A stretch of 64,000 bases of DNA from Candidatus Thorarchaeota archaeon. Lineage in GTDB: Archaea > Asgardarchaeota > Thorarchaeia > Thorarchaeales > Thorarchaeaceae. Location: positions 12,540-76,539 of the forward strand of contig JBHLRZ010000015.1 in the NCBI GenBank assembly GCA_048882045.1. Direction: 5' to 3'. The stretch's first letter is position 1. The number at the start of each line of letters is the position of its first letter. A program made the translations under genes and the position numbers. Under the pieces are notes generated by a model. The model saw nothing but the letters and a program-made list of their open reading frames with translations. It had not been told where the DNA came from and did no database searches. Shown piece by piece: positions 1 through 9,408 of this stretch.

Positions 1-39
1 CCGAAGAATATTGTACGACTAGTTGCATTTATTGCACCC

Positions 40-429
40 CTAAAGCATCTTAGATGCCCATTCATTTGCGCGTTTCATTGCACTCTGTGCCTCTTCTGCA
101 GCCCTCTTGATCAGGTTGATTGTCTCGTCCGTGATGATTTCTCCAAGGGTACCCTTGCAGAGCTCACTGATCTTGGTGTTCAATTCGGTAGCATTCTTGT
201 CATTCTGATCATGGATTGTGACCAGGAAGACTCGATCTGTCTTGGAGATGATTATACGATAGTTCTCAAGAGAGAGTTCACTGACGCTCTTGCCAGATAT
301 CTTCTTGCTATACATTTGAATAGCGGAAAGAAATCCCCCAAAAAGAGCCTCGTCTATCTGGAAATCTCCAATCGGAATTGAGGCGATGGTTTCACCGCCC
401 TCGTTCACAACATATACGCTTTGGATCAA
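40..429 (-). CDS. Longin/roadblock-fold small protein (eukaryotic signature protein type)
   Basis: ORF 40..462, probable TTG start at 429. The pattern 'IQSVYVVNEGGETI...LFGGFLSAIQMYSKKISG...LSLENYRIII...VFLVTIHD' is the beta-beta-alpha-beta-beta-beta-alpha longin pattern common in Asgard archaea. Confidence 0.7.
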   Translation of the reverse strand: MIQSVYVVNEGGETIASIPIGDFQIDEALFGGFLSAIQMYSKKISGKSVSELSLENYRIIISKTDRVFLVTIHDQNDKNATELNTKISELCKGTLGEIITDETINLIKRAAEEAQSAMKRANEWASKML

Positions 430-443
430 TATTTCTGCATCCC

Positions 444-710
444 CTAGAAACTGTCCATCCACTTCTGAGCTTTGTCAACAGATCCTTCATCTTCGACAAC
501 AGCTCCAGCAAGTTCGACATCTCGAATAGTGAATTTCTTGTCGACGAATAGAATCACATTGTGACCTTTGTTGCATTTTGCAGGTACTAAAACAGGAACA
601 CGTTTGGCGTTGATGATTGAGTCCTCGTCAACCGTTATTCCTTGAATTGCATCTCTACAATCTGGGCAAGGAACTGTGTCCAGTGTCTTTTTTCCCATTT
701 TAGTCACCAC
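444..710 (-). CDS. Small zinc-ribbon protein (CPDC...CxxGH)
   Basis: 88 aa with a CxxC and a CxxGH pair; co-oriented with and directly upstream of the longin gene. Confidence 0.6.
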   Translation of the reverse strand: MVTKMGKKTLDTVPCPDCRDAIQGITVDEDSIINAKRVPVLVPAKCNKGHNVILFVDKKFTIRDVELAGAVVEDEGSVDKAQKWMDSF

Positions 711-741
711 TTGGCAGATACACTCTGCAATCTTGCGCAGC

Positions 742-832
742 TAATTTCGCGCTCCATTGCGAAATTAACAATGAATAGCCCCTAATATTCCTATATTAAC
801 CAATTTCTTATGTATGAATTGCGAAAAATTCA
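742..832. promoter_or_regulatory. Inverted repeats in the divergent promoter region
   Basis: TAATTTCGC-N8-GCGAAATTA at 742-767 and TGAATT-N6-AATTCA at 815-832; both overlap a TTGCGAAA word. Confidence 0.35.
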
Positions 833-916
833 ATAAATCGAAAGAGTCTCGCATTTTGGACGGCAAAAGTTATCAGTTGTATTGATTCGCGCAGGAACCT
901 GCTTGAGTGATGATAT

Positions 917-1180
917 ATGAAAGCCTACATTCTGATCAAAACCGTCGTTGGGCAAGAGGACACTGTTATGCAAGACGTCCTGAAGCTGTCTGTGACTGAG
1001 GAGGCACACAAAGTCTTCGGTGCATATGACATTGTTGCTGAGGTTAGAGGTCGGGACATGGAAACTCTTGTCGAGATCATCACAGGCAAACTGAGAATGA
1101 TTAAGGGGATAGAGGACACCGAATCTTTACTCGTGATTGACAGTGAGATAGATATGACCTCTACGAGTCTTGGTTCCTAG
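917..1180 (+). CDS. Stand-alone Lrp/AsnC ligand-binding (RAM) domain protein
   Basis: 'KAYILIK...VFGAYDIVAEV...IRMIKGI..TESL'-type RAM domain pattern; no HTH. Confidence 0.85.
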   Translation: MKAYILIKTVVGQEDTVMQDVLKLSVTEEAHKVFGAYDIVAEVRGRDMETLVEIITGKLRMIKGIEDTESLLVIDSEIDMTSTSLGS

Positions 1181-1252
1181 TAAACTCAGTGATAGAGTCT
1201 GTCTAAGAATTTCTTTTATGCGATGGACTGACAAGGGGTATTTGGGATTACC

Positions 1253-2029
1253 ATGAAGGCTCTAGCAAGATCTCCGTACATGCTGATGTTGAAAGACGAA
1301 TCCGGCGAAGTAAATACTGTCCAGCTGGATGCGGCATTAGTGAATAGCGAGAATGCAATCATTGTCTTGGACGAGTTCAATGATACATGTTGGGCGTGGG
1401 TTGGTAGAAATGTCAATATGCCCACGAGAATGCATGCGTTAAGAATTGCACGAGGACTTCAAAAATCTGGACATCAGGTGGGTGTGACCACTATCGGTCT
1501 CAATTGTAGTAGATTTGTTGAGATGATGGAAAAGGACGATTCAGACCAAGATGTTGCTGCAGCAATAGTAGAATTCAAGGGAGTATTAGAAGGCAGGTGG
1601 AGCTTCGATGATGGAGTTCTCGCACACAGAGGCGAGGGCAAGGTCGAGGAACCAATTGCTGGTGCTCCAAAGAAGAAGCTACTTCCGCCAGAACCGACAC
1701 CCGAACCTATTGCAGGAGCACCTGAAACACCGACACTGGTGGCCGAAACGATAGTTGATAAACCATCGACTCCCGCTGTTTCAGCCTCACTTGCTGAAAA
1801 GAAGATGGCCTATCTGATGCTTTCAGTAACGAGGAATACAGAACTGGTGTACACTGAACGATTCGAGAAGGGTGGAAAGAAAGGCCTGAAAATTGAGTCC
1901 CCAGGAATTATGGTCATTGAAGCACTCTTTGATGGGGACCAACTCGCAATCACACCAATGGATTTTGGTGGATCAGAAATCGCCTCCAAGATCAAGACAG
2001 AGTACGAAGGTTTTGTTAAGAGACTCTAA
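1253..2029 (+). CDS. Single gelsolin-domain protein with Pro-rich linker and C-terminal domain (1DGelX-like)
   Basis: 'LVNSENAIIVLDEFNDTCWAWVGRNVNMPTRMHALRIARGL' matches the gelsolin core LNSxDxFILD...WxWxG...R..A...A; the linker carries EPIAGAP twice. Confidence 0.7.
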   Translation: MKALARSPYMLMLKDESGEVNTVQLDAALVNSENAIIVLDEFNDTCWAWVGRNVNMPTRMHALRIARGLQKSGHQVGVTTIGLNCSRFVEMMEKDDSDQDVAAAIVEFKGVLEGRWSFDDGVLAHRGEGKVEEPIAGAPKKKLLPPEPTPEPIAGAPETPTLVAETIVDKPSTPAVSASLAEKKMAYLMLSVTRNTELVYTERFEKGGKKGLKIESPGIMVIEALFDGDQLAITPMDFGGSEIASKIKTEYEGFVKRL

Positions 2030-2034
2030 GTCAA

Positions 2035-2058
2035 TGTGAGTGGCACAAGCCACTCGCA
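2035..2058. terminator. Hairpin between convergent genes
   Basis: TGTGAGTGGC-ACAA-GCCACTCGCA, a 10-bp stem with one G-U pair, followed by a short T tract. Confidence 0.55.
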
Positions 2059-2068
2059 GACTACTTTT

Positions 2069-2857
2069 CTATTCATCCAGTTTCCTGTACCAGTAAGTGT
2101 ACAACTGTTGGAAACCTAATTTGTCATACAACTTGAGAGCAGGCAGGTTCTCGGATTCTACTTGAAGATAGGCTGCCTTGGCACTCCGTTGGTTTCCCCA
2201 CTGAGCAAGCGCGGTGTTCACCGCCACTGCAACTCCTCTTTCCCGCATCGAGGGATGTACTGCTATGTTGAAGAGACCGAGCCACTTGCCATCAACAACT
2301 CCTAATCCAACCCCTGCGGGTTCTCGGTCAATCCGGACTAGGGCAAATGCCTTGTGAAGGGTGGAACGTTTCATCAAATCTCTTCTAGTGTCCATTGTGG
2401 AGGAGTCATATCCGGAAGATTCATTGTAGACAGACATCCAAGTATCAGTGATGTCATTCGAAACCAAGACATCAAGTCCAGGGTCAATTTTGATAAGGTG
2501 GTTGATTGCTGCTGTGTGAACCTCTACCTGCAAGCCGACTGAAAATCCACGTTCTGAGAGGTCTCTATCAAGCTCTTGCGGTTTGCTGGTGTCGGTCATT
2601 TGAAAACGAGGTATCAATTCCCTCTCCTTGTAGAACTCAATGACTTTCTCAATGGCGTCTTCCAATGGTAGAACTGGTGGACCGAGTGGCAAAACACTGT
2701 TCGCTCTCCTTGTGACCCCGCTATTGGCTCGTATCAGCCAACCTCCTAACCGTTCGTTTTCCTGAGCAATCCAGGCATTTGCAGCAACCTGTTCTAGCTC
2801 GACAATCTGTGATTGATCGATCAAGATATTGCCTCCTGCAAGAGAATGCGTATGCAT
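2069..2857 (-). CDS. GNAT family N-acetyltransferase
   Basis: 'GVTRRANSV' N-terminal half, plus 'IAVHPSMRERGVA' motif A and 'AYLQVESENLPALKLYDKLGF' motif B. Confidence 0.9.
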   Translation of the reverse strand: MHTHSLAGGNILIDQSQIVELEQVAANAWIAQENERLGGWLIRANSGVTRRANSVLPLGPPVLPLEDAIEKVIEFYKERELIPRFQMTDTSKPQELDRDLSERGFSVGLQVEVHTAAINHLIKIDPGLDVLVSNDITDTWMSVYNESSGYDSSTMDTRRDLMKRSTLHKAFALVRIDREPAGVGLGVVDGKWLGLFNIAVHPSMRERGVAVAVNTALAQWGNQRSAKAAYLQVESENLPALKLYDKLGFQQLYTYWYRKLDE

Positions 2858-2896
2858 TCATCCTACAAATTTGTTGTCAGTCGCTAATATTTGTAC

Positions 2897-3409
2897 TCAA
2901 TCATCGTCGGGAGCCCAAGGAGTTTCCCTCGGAAACCATCTAGGCACGTTATCACGATATGTTTCGTACTCTTTACCAAATCTTGCAACAAGTTCTGGCT
3001 CCTCATACTTGATGAAATAGATGTGGTTGCCTATGAAGAAAATGGCAGTCCACAACCATAAGACGAAGCTCAATAGTAAAATCGTTTCACCCATGAGTAC
3101 CATGAGTACACCGGTTATCATGGGATTTCTCTCGTATCGGTATATCCCAACTACGACCAATTTCTTGGTTGGTGCCCATGGTGCAAGTGTACCTTTCCCA
3201 ATGTTTGCGAATAATCTAACACAGTGAACCATTATCACTAAGCCGGTAATGACAAGAGTTAATCCAGAAAGCACAAGCAGTGGTTCAAAGAAGTAAGGGA
3301 GAAAACTTCCAAAGGGGGTATCCATTGTCAGCCATGACAGAATCCAGGGTATCAAAATGAGGACACTGATTGGTAGCAATAATGCACTTGCATGTTCACG
3401 TTTGCTCAT
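2897..3409 (-). CDS. Isoprenylcysteine carboxyl methyltransferase / PEMT family membrane protein
   Basis: 'GKGTLAPW.P..LVV.GIYRY.RNPM..G' and 'EEPEL..RFG.EY..Y...VPRW' motifs. Confidence 0.88.
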   Translation of the reverse strand: MSKREHASALLLPISVLILIPWILSWLTMDTPFGSFLPYFFEPLLVLSGLTLVITGLVIMVHCVRLFANIGKGTLAPWAPTKKLVVVGIYRYERNPMITGVLMVLMGETILLLSFVLWLWTAIFFIGNHIYFIKYEEPELVARFGKEYETYRDNVPRWFPRETPWAPDDD

Positions 3410-3426
3410 CGATACTCAAACTCCTT

Positions 3427-5040
3427 TCATTCAATGGCCCCGTATCCTTTCTTCAGAAGGGTGTCAACAGTTTCATCTAAAAGGTCAGGATAATCAATGT
3501 TGTAATGAGCACCTCGACTCTCCTTACGCATTCGAGCCATCCTAATAACGAGTTCCGCAACAGTTGCGAGATTTCTTAGCTCAACGAGGTCGGGAGTGAC
3601 CTTGAAATCCCAGTAGAATTGATTTATCTCTCTGGTTATGAACTCGAGTCGATTGCTTGCACGAATCAGTCGCTTTTTCGACCTTGCGATTCCCACATAG
3701 TTAATCATTGTTCGACGTATCTCTTCCCAAAGATGAGAGATTACAACCAGCTCATCAGGATCAGTAGCCTCTCCAGGGTCCCACGGAGGGATGTCGATTG
3801 GTTTCGACGAATCTGATAGTTCTTCAATAGCAGCCATGGAAGCATTATGCGCAAGTACTGCTGCTTCCAAGAGAGAGTTAGAAGCCAAGCGGTTGGCACC
3901 GTGGAATCCCGTACAGGTCGTTTCTCCAATCGCGAAGAGACCTGCGACATCTGTTCGTCCATAGATGTCAGTCCGTACTCCTCCCATCATGTAGTGGGCT
4001 GCAGGCACGACAGGAATCGGCTCTTTTGTGATGTCAATTCCAGCAGTCAAGCAGGTCTCGTAGATTTGGGGAAAGCGGTCCTTCAGGTAATCTGCTTTTT
4101 TGAACGAGATGTCCAACCAGACGTGGTCAGCGCCAGTCTTCTTGAGCTCGGTGTCGATTGCTCTGGCTACAACATCACGAGGCGCCAGCTCTGCGTCTTC
4201 ATGATAGTCTGGCATGAACCTTTTTCCATCTCGACCTAGAAGTTTGGCACCTTCGCCACGGAGTGCTTCTGATATGAGAAATGATCTGACCTTGTGGTGA
4301 TAAAGCAGAGTCGGATGAAACTGGACCATTTCGAGATTCATGACGGTGGCACCGGCACGATATGCCATGGCAATGCCGTCCCCAGTTGCTACATCGGGAT
4401 TGCTCGTATAGAGAAAGACTCGTCCCGTCCCACCTGTTGCAAGGATTACAGCCTTGGCCATGAAACGTTCAACCTCATTGGTGTTCTCATCGAGTATATA
4501 GGCTCCTAAGACTCGGTTGTTCTTCGTATAGAGATTGATAGCCATGTGATTCTCATGAATTGTGATGTTCTTCTCGTTCTTCATACGATCTGCCAAAGCC
4601 AGCTCTATGTCTTTACCTGTATGATCTTTCACATGCAACACGCGACGCTTACTATGACCTCCCTCCAACCCGAGCTCAAAGTCACCTGTGGATTCCTCAC
4701 CAGAAAAGTCGACTCCTAGCTCAATTAGCTCCTGAATTCTTGCAGGTCCATCCCTCACAATGGATTCCACAACATCTCGGTGACAGAGGCCAGCACCGAC
4801 CCGAATTGTGTCCTCAACATGTAGGTCGATTGAGTCTTCAGGAGAAACCACAGCAGCAATCCCTCCTTGAGCCTTTATCGTAGCTGATTCTGTGAGTCGT
4901 CCCTTCGTGACGATATTCACTGTCCCATGTTGTGCCACTTTCAGTGAGAAGAGCTGTCCAGATAACCCACTACCAATAACGAGGAAATCTGAAGAGTAGA
5001 CCTTATCTGACATTACTCCATGTCTCCTACTCTCGGTCAT
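3427..5040 (-). CDS. nadB: L-aspartate oxidase
   Basis: FAD-binding 'VIGSGLSG', 'AQGGIAA', 'LEGGHSKRRVLH', 'QFHPT', 'LISEALRGEG', 'HGANRLASNSLLE', 'ESRGAHY'. The start may be at 5013. Confidence 0.95.
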   Translation of the reverse strand: MTESRRHGVMSDKVYSSDFLVIGSGLSGQLFSLKVAQHGTVNIVTKGRLTESATIKAQGGIAAVVSPEDSIDLHVEDTIRVGAGLCHRDVVESIVRDGPARIQELIELGVDFSGEESTGDFELGLEGGHSKRRVLHVKDHTGKDIELALADRMKNEKNITIHENHMAINLYTKNNRVLGAYILDENTNEVERFMAKAVILATGGTGRVFLYTSNPDVATGDGIAMAYRAGATVMNLEMVQFHPTLLYHHKVRSFLISEALRGEGAKLLGRDGKRFMPDYHEDAELAPRDVVARAIDTELKKTGADHVWLDISFKKADYLKDRFPQIYETCLTAGIDITKEPIPVVPAAHYMMGGVRTDIYGRTDVAGLFAIGETTCTGFHGANRLASNSLLEAAVLAHNASMAAIEELSDSSKPIDIPPWDPGEATDPDELVVISHLWEEIRRTMINYVGIARSKKRLIRASNRLEFITREINQFYWDFKVTPDLVELRNLATVAELVIRMARMRKESRGAHYNIDYPDLLDETVDTLLKKGYGAIE

Positions 5041-5127
5041 TCATACTTGGCACATAAGCCTTCTCGAACATCGTAGGAAGACATTAACCCCTGTATTTAC
5101 AGAAAAAAACAGGACTGGTGTTGCTTA

Positions 5128-5838
5128 TTGACAAACTGTGAGGAATGCAAACGTTATGGATATTCAAGAACAGACCAGGTTGTTCATCCGTGTGTCCTCT
5201 GTGGAGAGATGCGTTGTGATGACCACATGATCTGGGTTCCTGCTCATGAGATAGACAGACCGTTCGATGAAACTCAAGCACTGCTGAAGTTGATGAAACA
5301 TAAGCAACAAGGCGGATGGTATGGATTCTGCGGTCGACCATCACACATCCCGAGAGGAGTCCCATATAGAGCGGGACAGGAAAAAGAGGGAGGAAAGATG
5401 ATCAGTCCCATTCTTGACCATGAGAAGAAGGTTGGTCTTGAGATGTTCCGTATGTGGGAGATTGGTGTGATTGAGGATGGTTTTGAGAAACAGTGGGAAA
5501 CAAAGCACTACGCCTTGTCTTGTTCCATAGCCACAGTGATGGTCTTATTTGCCAATCTACATGCGACTCAGAAAGATTCTCCAGGGCTTCTAGACAGCAT
5601 CTATAACTCAGCAATATTGACCTTTGGAGACAAGAAGGCAACGTTCTTTGGAGGCTCAAAACAGGAGTTTCTCAAAGCAGTTGGGAAGAATCCGGACATT
5701 CAGACATTCGTTAATTATGCGTGTTCAAGGTGTGCTGTCATTCCTTGTCTCAACCGACAGGTGTCTTTCTATGATCAGAAGTTCTTCAAAAGACTAGCCC
5801 AGAATCCTGAATTGCTGTTCCCAGACGAAGAAACCTGA
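5128..5838 (+). CDS. Hypothetical zinc-finger protein (N-terminal B-box/AN1-like Cys/His cluster)
   Basis: CEEC-x14-CVLC-x4-CDDH at the N-terminus, plus FCGRPSH and CSRCAVIPC. Confidence 0.55.
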   Translation: MTNCEECKRYGYSRTDQVVHPCVLCGEMRCDDHMIWVPAHEIDRPFDETQALLKLMKHKQQGGWYGFCGRPSHIPRGVPYRAGQEKEGGKMISPILDHEKKVGLEMFRMWEIGVIEDGFEKQWETKHYALSCSIATVMVLFANLHATQKDSPGLLDSIYNSAILTFGDKKATFFGGSKQEFLKAVGKNPDIQTFVNYACSRCAVIPCLNRQVSFYDQKFFKRLAQNPELLFPDEET

Positions 5839-5900
5839 AACTTCTGTCCAAGATAGTGATAAATAAGAAATATCCGAAGACCGTTTTGGAGCTGTACTGG

Positions 5901-6776
5901 ATGGATATAGACGGCATTGTGATATTCGATGCGGTTACAGGTATCCCTCTCTTTTCCAGATTAAAAGGAAATATAGACCCCTCTCTATTCTCGAGCTTCA
6001 TCAGTGCGATTGGTCACTTTTCAAGGCAATTGAAGTTTGGAGGTCTCTCATCTTTTTCAACAGAAGAGAAAGTGATCTATCTTGCACCAAGGGAGAATAT
6101 CATCACTGCTTTGATTTCTCCAAAGAGGAAGGAATACCAAGAAGCCTATTCTCTTGCAAATGAGCTAGGAAGACAGTTTGAGGAAAAACAGTTAGCAAAA
6201 GAACGAAAAGATGACTTTAGCGACATGGCATTTGCTGAGATTGCTGACCAGTATCTTAGACGGATTCAAAATCCATTCATGAGTCGGGTTTCGGAATTTA
6301 TATTGGAACACTATGGCGGGGAGGTTTCTGTCAGACCCAGACTTATGAAACGAGATGGATCACAAGGAGTAGTAGACATACTGATTGATTCGAGGATTAA
6401 GAAAAACAATAGTGATGGTTCAAGCATGTTCGGTGAAAACTATGGATTCGTCAAAGTTGCTGACAGTAGAATAGGACGAGTACAAGTAATAGACTTCATT
6501 GATTCTTTGGACAACTTTGGGGTATTGTCAATGCATAGGGACGAGATGGTTCTACAACCATACTTTCCATCAAAAGCGATCATTGTTGCCAGGGAATTCG
6601 ATTCTGATGCATTGAACTATCTCAAAAAACTACCCTCTGACAACGATAGAAGATTTATAGATGGAGCCTATGTGTTCGCGGGTCTCAAAATGAAGGGAAT
6701 TCCAAAGGAAACACGTTGCTTTCTCGACCTCTGGAAATGGCAGGATGACAAAGAACCAGAAAGGGTTGAATGCTAG
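5901..6776 (+). CDS. Longin-like N-terminal domain fused to a restriction-endonuclease-like (PD-(D/E)xK fold) domain
   Basis: Longin pattern 'GIVIFDAVTGIPLFS...LFSSFISAIGHFSRQL...ITALIS'. The C-terminal 'G.QGVVDILI...FVKV...V.DFIDSL..F...AIIVAREFDSDA' resembles the Mrr-like fold. Track ORF starts at 5856; ATG 5901 is preferred. Confidence 0.55.
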   Translation: MDIDGIVIFDAVTGIPLFSRLKGNIDPSLFSSFISAIGHFSRQLKFGGLSSFSTEEKVIYLAPRENIITALISPKRKEYQEAYSLANELGRQFEEKQLAKERKDDFSDMAFAEIADQYLRRIQNPFMSRVSEFILEHYGGEVSVRPRLMKRDGSQGVVDILIDSRIKKNNSDGSSMFGENYGFVKVADSRIGRVQVIDFIDSLDNFGVLSMHRDEMVLQPYFPSKAIIVAREFDSDALNYLKKLPSDNDRRFIDGAYVFAGLKMKGIPKETRCFLDLWKWQDDKEPERVEC

Positions 6777-6811
6777 TCGTCCAACCCATTGTGGTCCAAT
6801 TCTGAAGAGAT

Positions 6812-6835
6812 ATTCCTACTCTCAGCAGTAGGAGT
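6812..6835. terminator. Hairpin between convergent genes
   Basis: TCCTACT-CTCAGC-AGTAGGA stem-loop between stops at 6776 (+) and 6846 (-). Confidence 0.4.
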
Positions 6836-6845
6836 CATTCTACAT

Positions 6846-9158
6846 CTACTTGTAATAGGTCAGAACGACTTCATTTGAGAGGGGAATCAAACGAAGATGC
6901 GGAGAGCGACCTTTTGCTGCTCTGTCAACCACGCTTCCTCCATACACCTTTACCATTCGCATAGGAACACTGTCTGGAACATGAATCTCTATCTCCTCAG
7001 GGAGATATTCAATCCCAGTTTCTATCTGGTGTTGGTTGGCTGACATTCCAATCTCAATATGGGCTCTTCCAAACTTAGTTGGGAGTCTTTTAATGAGTAG
7101 AGGTTTCTTTGAAGAGTACCAAGTCTCAAGAATCCCTGGCAAAAACACGAGGTTGGATACATCTTCATGTACCAGCATGTCATTCAACAGGAGGATAAGA
7201 TCTGCTGCTGCAAGGACACTCGAGCCCGTTCCACCAGAGCCCCCATAAGTTCGAATATCAACATAATCAGGTAGTAAATAGTCCTCAGAAAGAAACTCCA
7301 GAGACCTCTGAAGATATGTTTCAACTTTGCCTCTCTGTCTGTCAAAGATGTGGAAATGCGCAAGTCGCAGCGCAAGATGACTTGAGAAAAGTTCGGTCGG
7401 TTCTGGTGTCTTCCAGAGGTCTCTTACTATCCGTCGCTTCTCCACCTTGGTGCAGAGTTCTCTCAGGAACTTCATGTCGAAACTAGTTATCCGTAGTTGA
7501 GCCACACTTGTGAGAACGTCGAGAATAGCTCTGTCAATATCATTCATCACTGAATCCTGTGGCCTTGGCCAGCGAGCTCCTCGTATATCATCAAGCCTAG
7601 AACGAATATCACTCTCGATTTGTGCGATGGTGTCCCCAAGCTGTTGCACTAGTGGTGTCTTCGTTACAACATGAAATCGAACCGCTTCTTTTAGTGCGGC
7701 TAAATCCCAAAAACGTTGGTCCAACTCACGCAACGAATTCACATCAACTACAATATAGTGTTGTAGTGGTGTGTCTTCCTCATCGGAAGTGTCCTCAACC
7801 TTTTCTGACACATCTGTTTCTTCAGGAGCTTTCAGAGTTTCGAGTAATTTCTCGGTCAAGAGGTCGATGTATTGTTTTGTCTGTCCTATTGATTTGGAGT
7901 GAGGGGAGTGGCTGTAAATCTGAAGCAGCCCCCAGAGTATAGGACTGAAGATAGAGCGATCAAATTTTCCTTCTGGAACATCAGATTGTTGAGCAATCTC
8001 AATTGTCAAAGTTTCTGCGAGTGGAATGCTTCCTGTCTTTATTAGAGCAATCAGTACACGCATTCGCTCACTCCAAGTGAATGATGCTAGGAAAGAGTCC
8101 TCGGGGAACATAACTGATCTAGCCTGGATTGCTAACGAAACAGCAGCCTGCGAGAAGACCCTATCAAGTACAGAATCTGGAAAAGAAACTTTGGCAAGCT
8201 GCTCTGAAAAATCATACCACTTTCCTATTGTCTGATCACGGTTATGTTGTCCAACATTCAGTTCTGATCGGACGATGTCGCGTTTTGTTGACTCGAGGGG
8301 TGAAACCAGGAAGAGGCGTTTTGTTCCCGCTGGTGTCAGTTGGACATCGAATCTTAGTATGGCTGTTGCAAGTCCCTTCTCTGATTCTGTCGAGGTATCT
8401 ATCCTTGTAGATGCAGTGCGTATTGTTTCAGGAATGTCTTCATTATTGAATTCAGTGAGTATCACAGCGGAAGGTTGAATGATAGATTGGAGAGCAGGAA
8501 TGTCGTTAACAATGACCCGATTCTCAGTTTTGTCGAACTCAATCTTCTCAAGAGGATCCACGCCCCAAGGAGAGAGTGGTCGGATAACAACGTAGAACGT
8601 GATCTCGGTATTCTCTAAGGCAATGTTTCTCAGGTCAATCTCAGTATATACAAACTCTTCATCACCTTGTTTGACATGATAGACTAGTCGAATGAACTCG
8701 ACAGACTCTACCTCAGTTCGCCATTCATACAACTGGTCTTCAGACGACACAAGATAAAGTTGAGGACCATCCTTCCCCATGAGTGTAGGGAAAATGAGGT
8801 TTTCGCCATCTTGCACCCATACATCGATTGAACCAATATCAGCCCGAGCAGAAGTCAGTCCTCGCGAGTCTACAATTCCATAGTTTCTAGCTCCTACGCC
8901 TCCAACAAGTGACCAGTTTCTGTATGAGTCATTCGAAAACTCTGTAATCAGTGATTCTTCTGCATCAATCCCTTTGAGGTCAAGTACAGCCCAAGTTGGA
9001 AGCATCCATGGTTTGGCATTTAGATAGACAACAGCGTTAAGTTGATTCCTAAGATGTTCTATCTCTTCACCAGGAAGTCCAGATTGAGTTGATTTCAGGT
9101 TGTGTTTACTAGCTACTCTTCTGAACCGTTCCAAACGAGTAAAGTCATCCACAGCCAA
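6846..9158 (-). CDS. Six-hairpin glycosidase-like protein (beta-sandwich + alpha/alpha barrel)
   Basis: 770 aa: beta-rich N-terminal half, helical C-terminal half, and a C-terminal 'LVHEDVSNLVFLPGILETWY...IKRLPTKFG' typical of GH65/GH95-like tails. Catalytic residues not identified. Confidence 0.55.
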   Translation of the reverse strand: MAVDDFTRLERFRRVASKHNLKSTQSGLPGEEIEHLRNQLNAVVYLNAKPWMLPTWAVLDLKGIDAEESLITEFSNDSYRNWSLVGGVGARNYGIVDSRGLTSARADIGSIDVWVQDGENLIFPTLMGKDGPQLYLVSSEDQLYEWRTEVESVEFIRLVYHVKQGDEEFVYTEIDLRNIALENTEITFYVVIRPLSPWGVDPLEKIEFDKTENRVIVNDIPALQSIIQPSAVILTEFNNEDIPETIRTASTRIDTSTESEKGLATAILRFDVQLTPAGTKRLFLVSPLESTKRDIVRSELNVGQHNRDQTIGKWYDFSEQLAKVSFPDSVLDRVFSQAAVSLAIQARSVMFPEDSFLASFTWSERMRVLIALIKTGSIPLAETLTIEIAQQSDVPEGKFDRSIFSPILWGLLQIYSHSPHSKSIGQTKQYIDLLTEKLLETLKAPEETDVSEKVEDTSDEEDTPLQHYIVVDVNSLRELDQRFWDLAALKEAVRFHVVTKTPLVQQLGDTIAQIESDIRSRLDDIRGARWPRPQDSVMNDIDRAILDVLTSVAQLRITSFDMKFLRELCTKVEKRRIVRDLWKTPEPTELFSSHLALRLAHFHIFDRQRGKVETYLQRSLEFLSEDYLLPDYVDIRTYGGSGGTGSSVLAAADLILLLNDMLVHEDVSNLVFLPGILETWYSSKKPLLIKRLPTKFGRAHIEIGMSANQHQIETGIEYLPEEIEIHVPDSVPMRMVKVYGGSVVDRAAKGRSPHLRLIPLSNEVVLTYYK

Positions 9159-9408
9159 TTCTTCGAACCTCTTAGATTGAGACAGTTTTCTTCAAACAAT
9201 AGCTATGCATTCGAGATGTAGAAGTCATTTATTTGTGATGCTGGTGTAGCCCACTGAATATTGCGAGAAAAAGACCTGAGCCCGTTTCCATGAGTACTAA
9301 TAGGAGTGGTAAACCCTTAATAGAGTTCAACCTGAGCTTGACTCCGTTCGATAGAAAATAATCAGTCCCTGGACTTATCTAGGCCAAGAAGTATGCGAGG
9401 AAGCCAAA

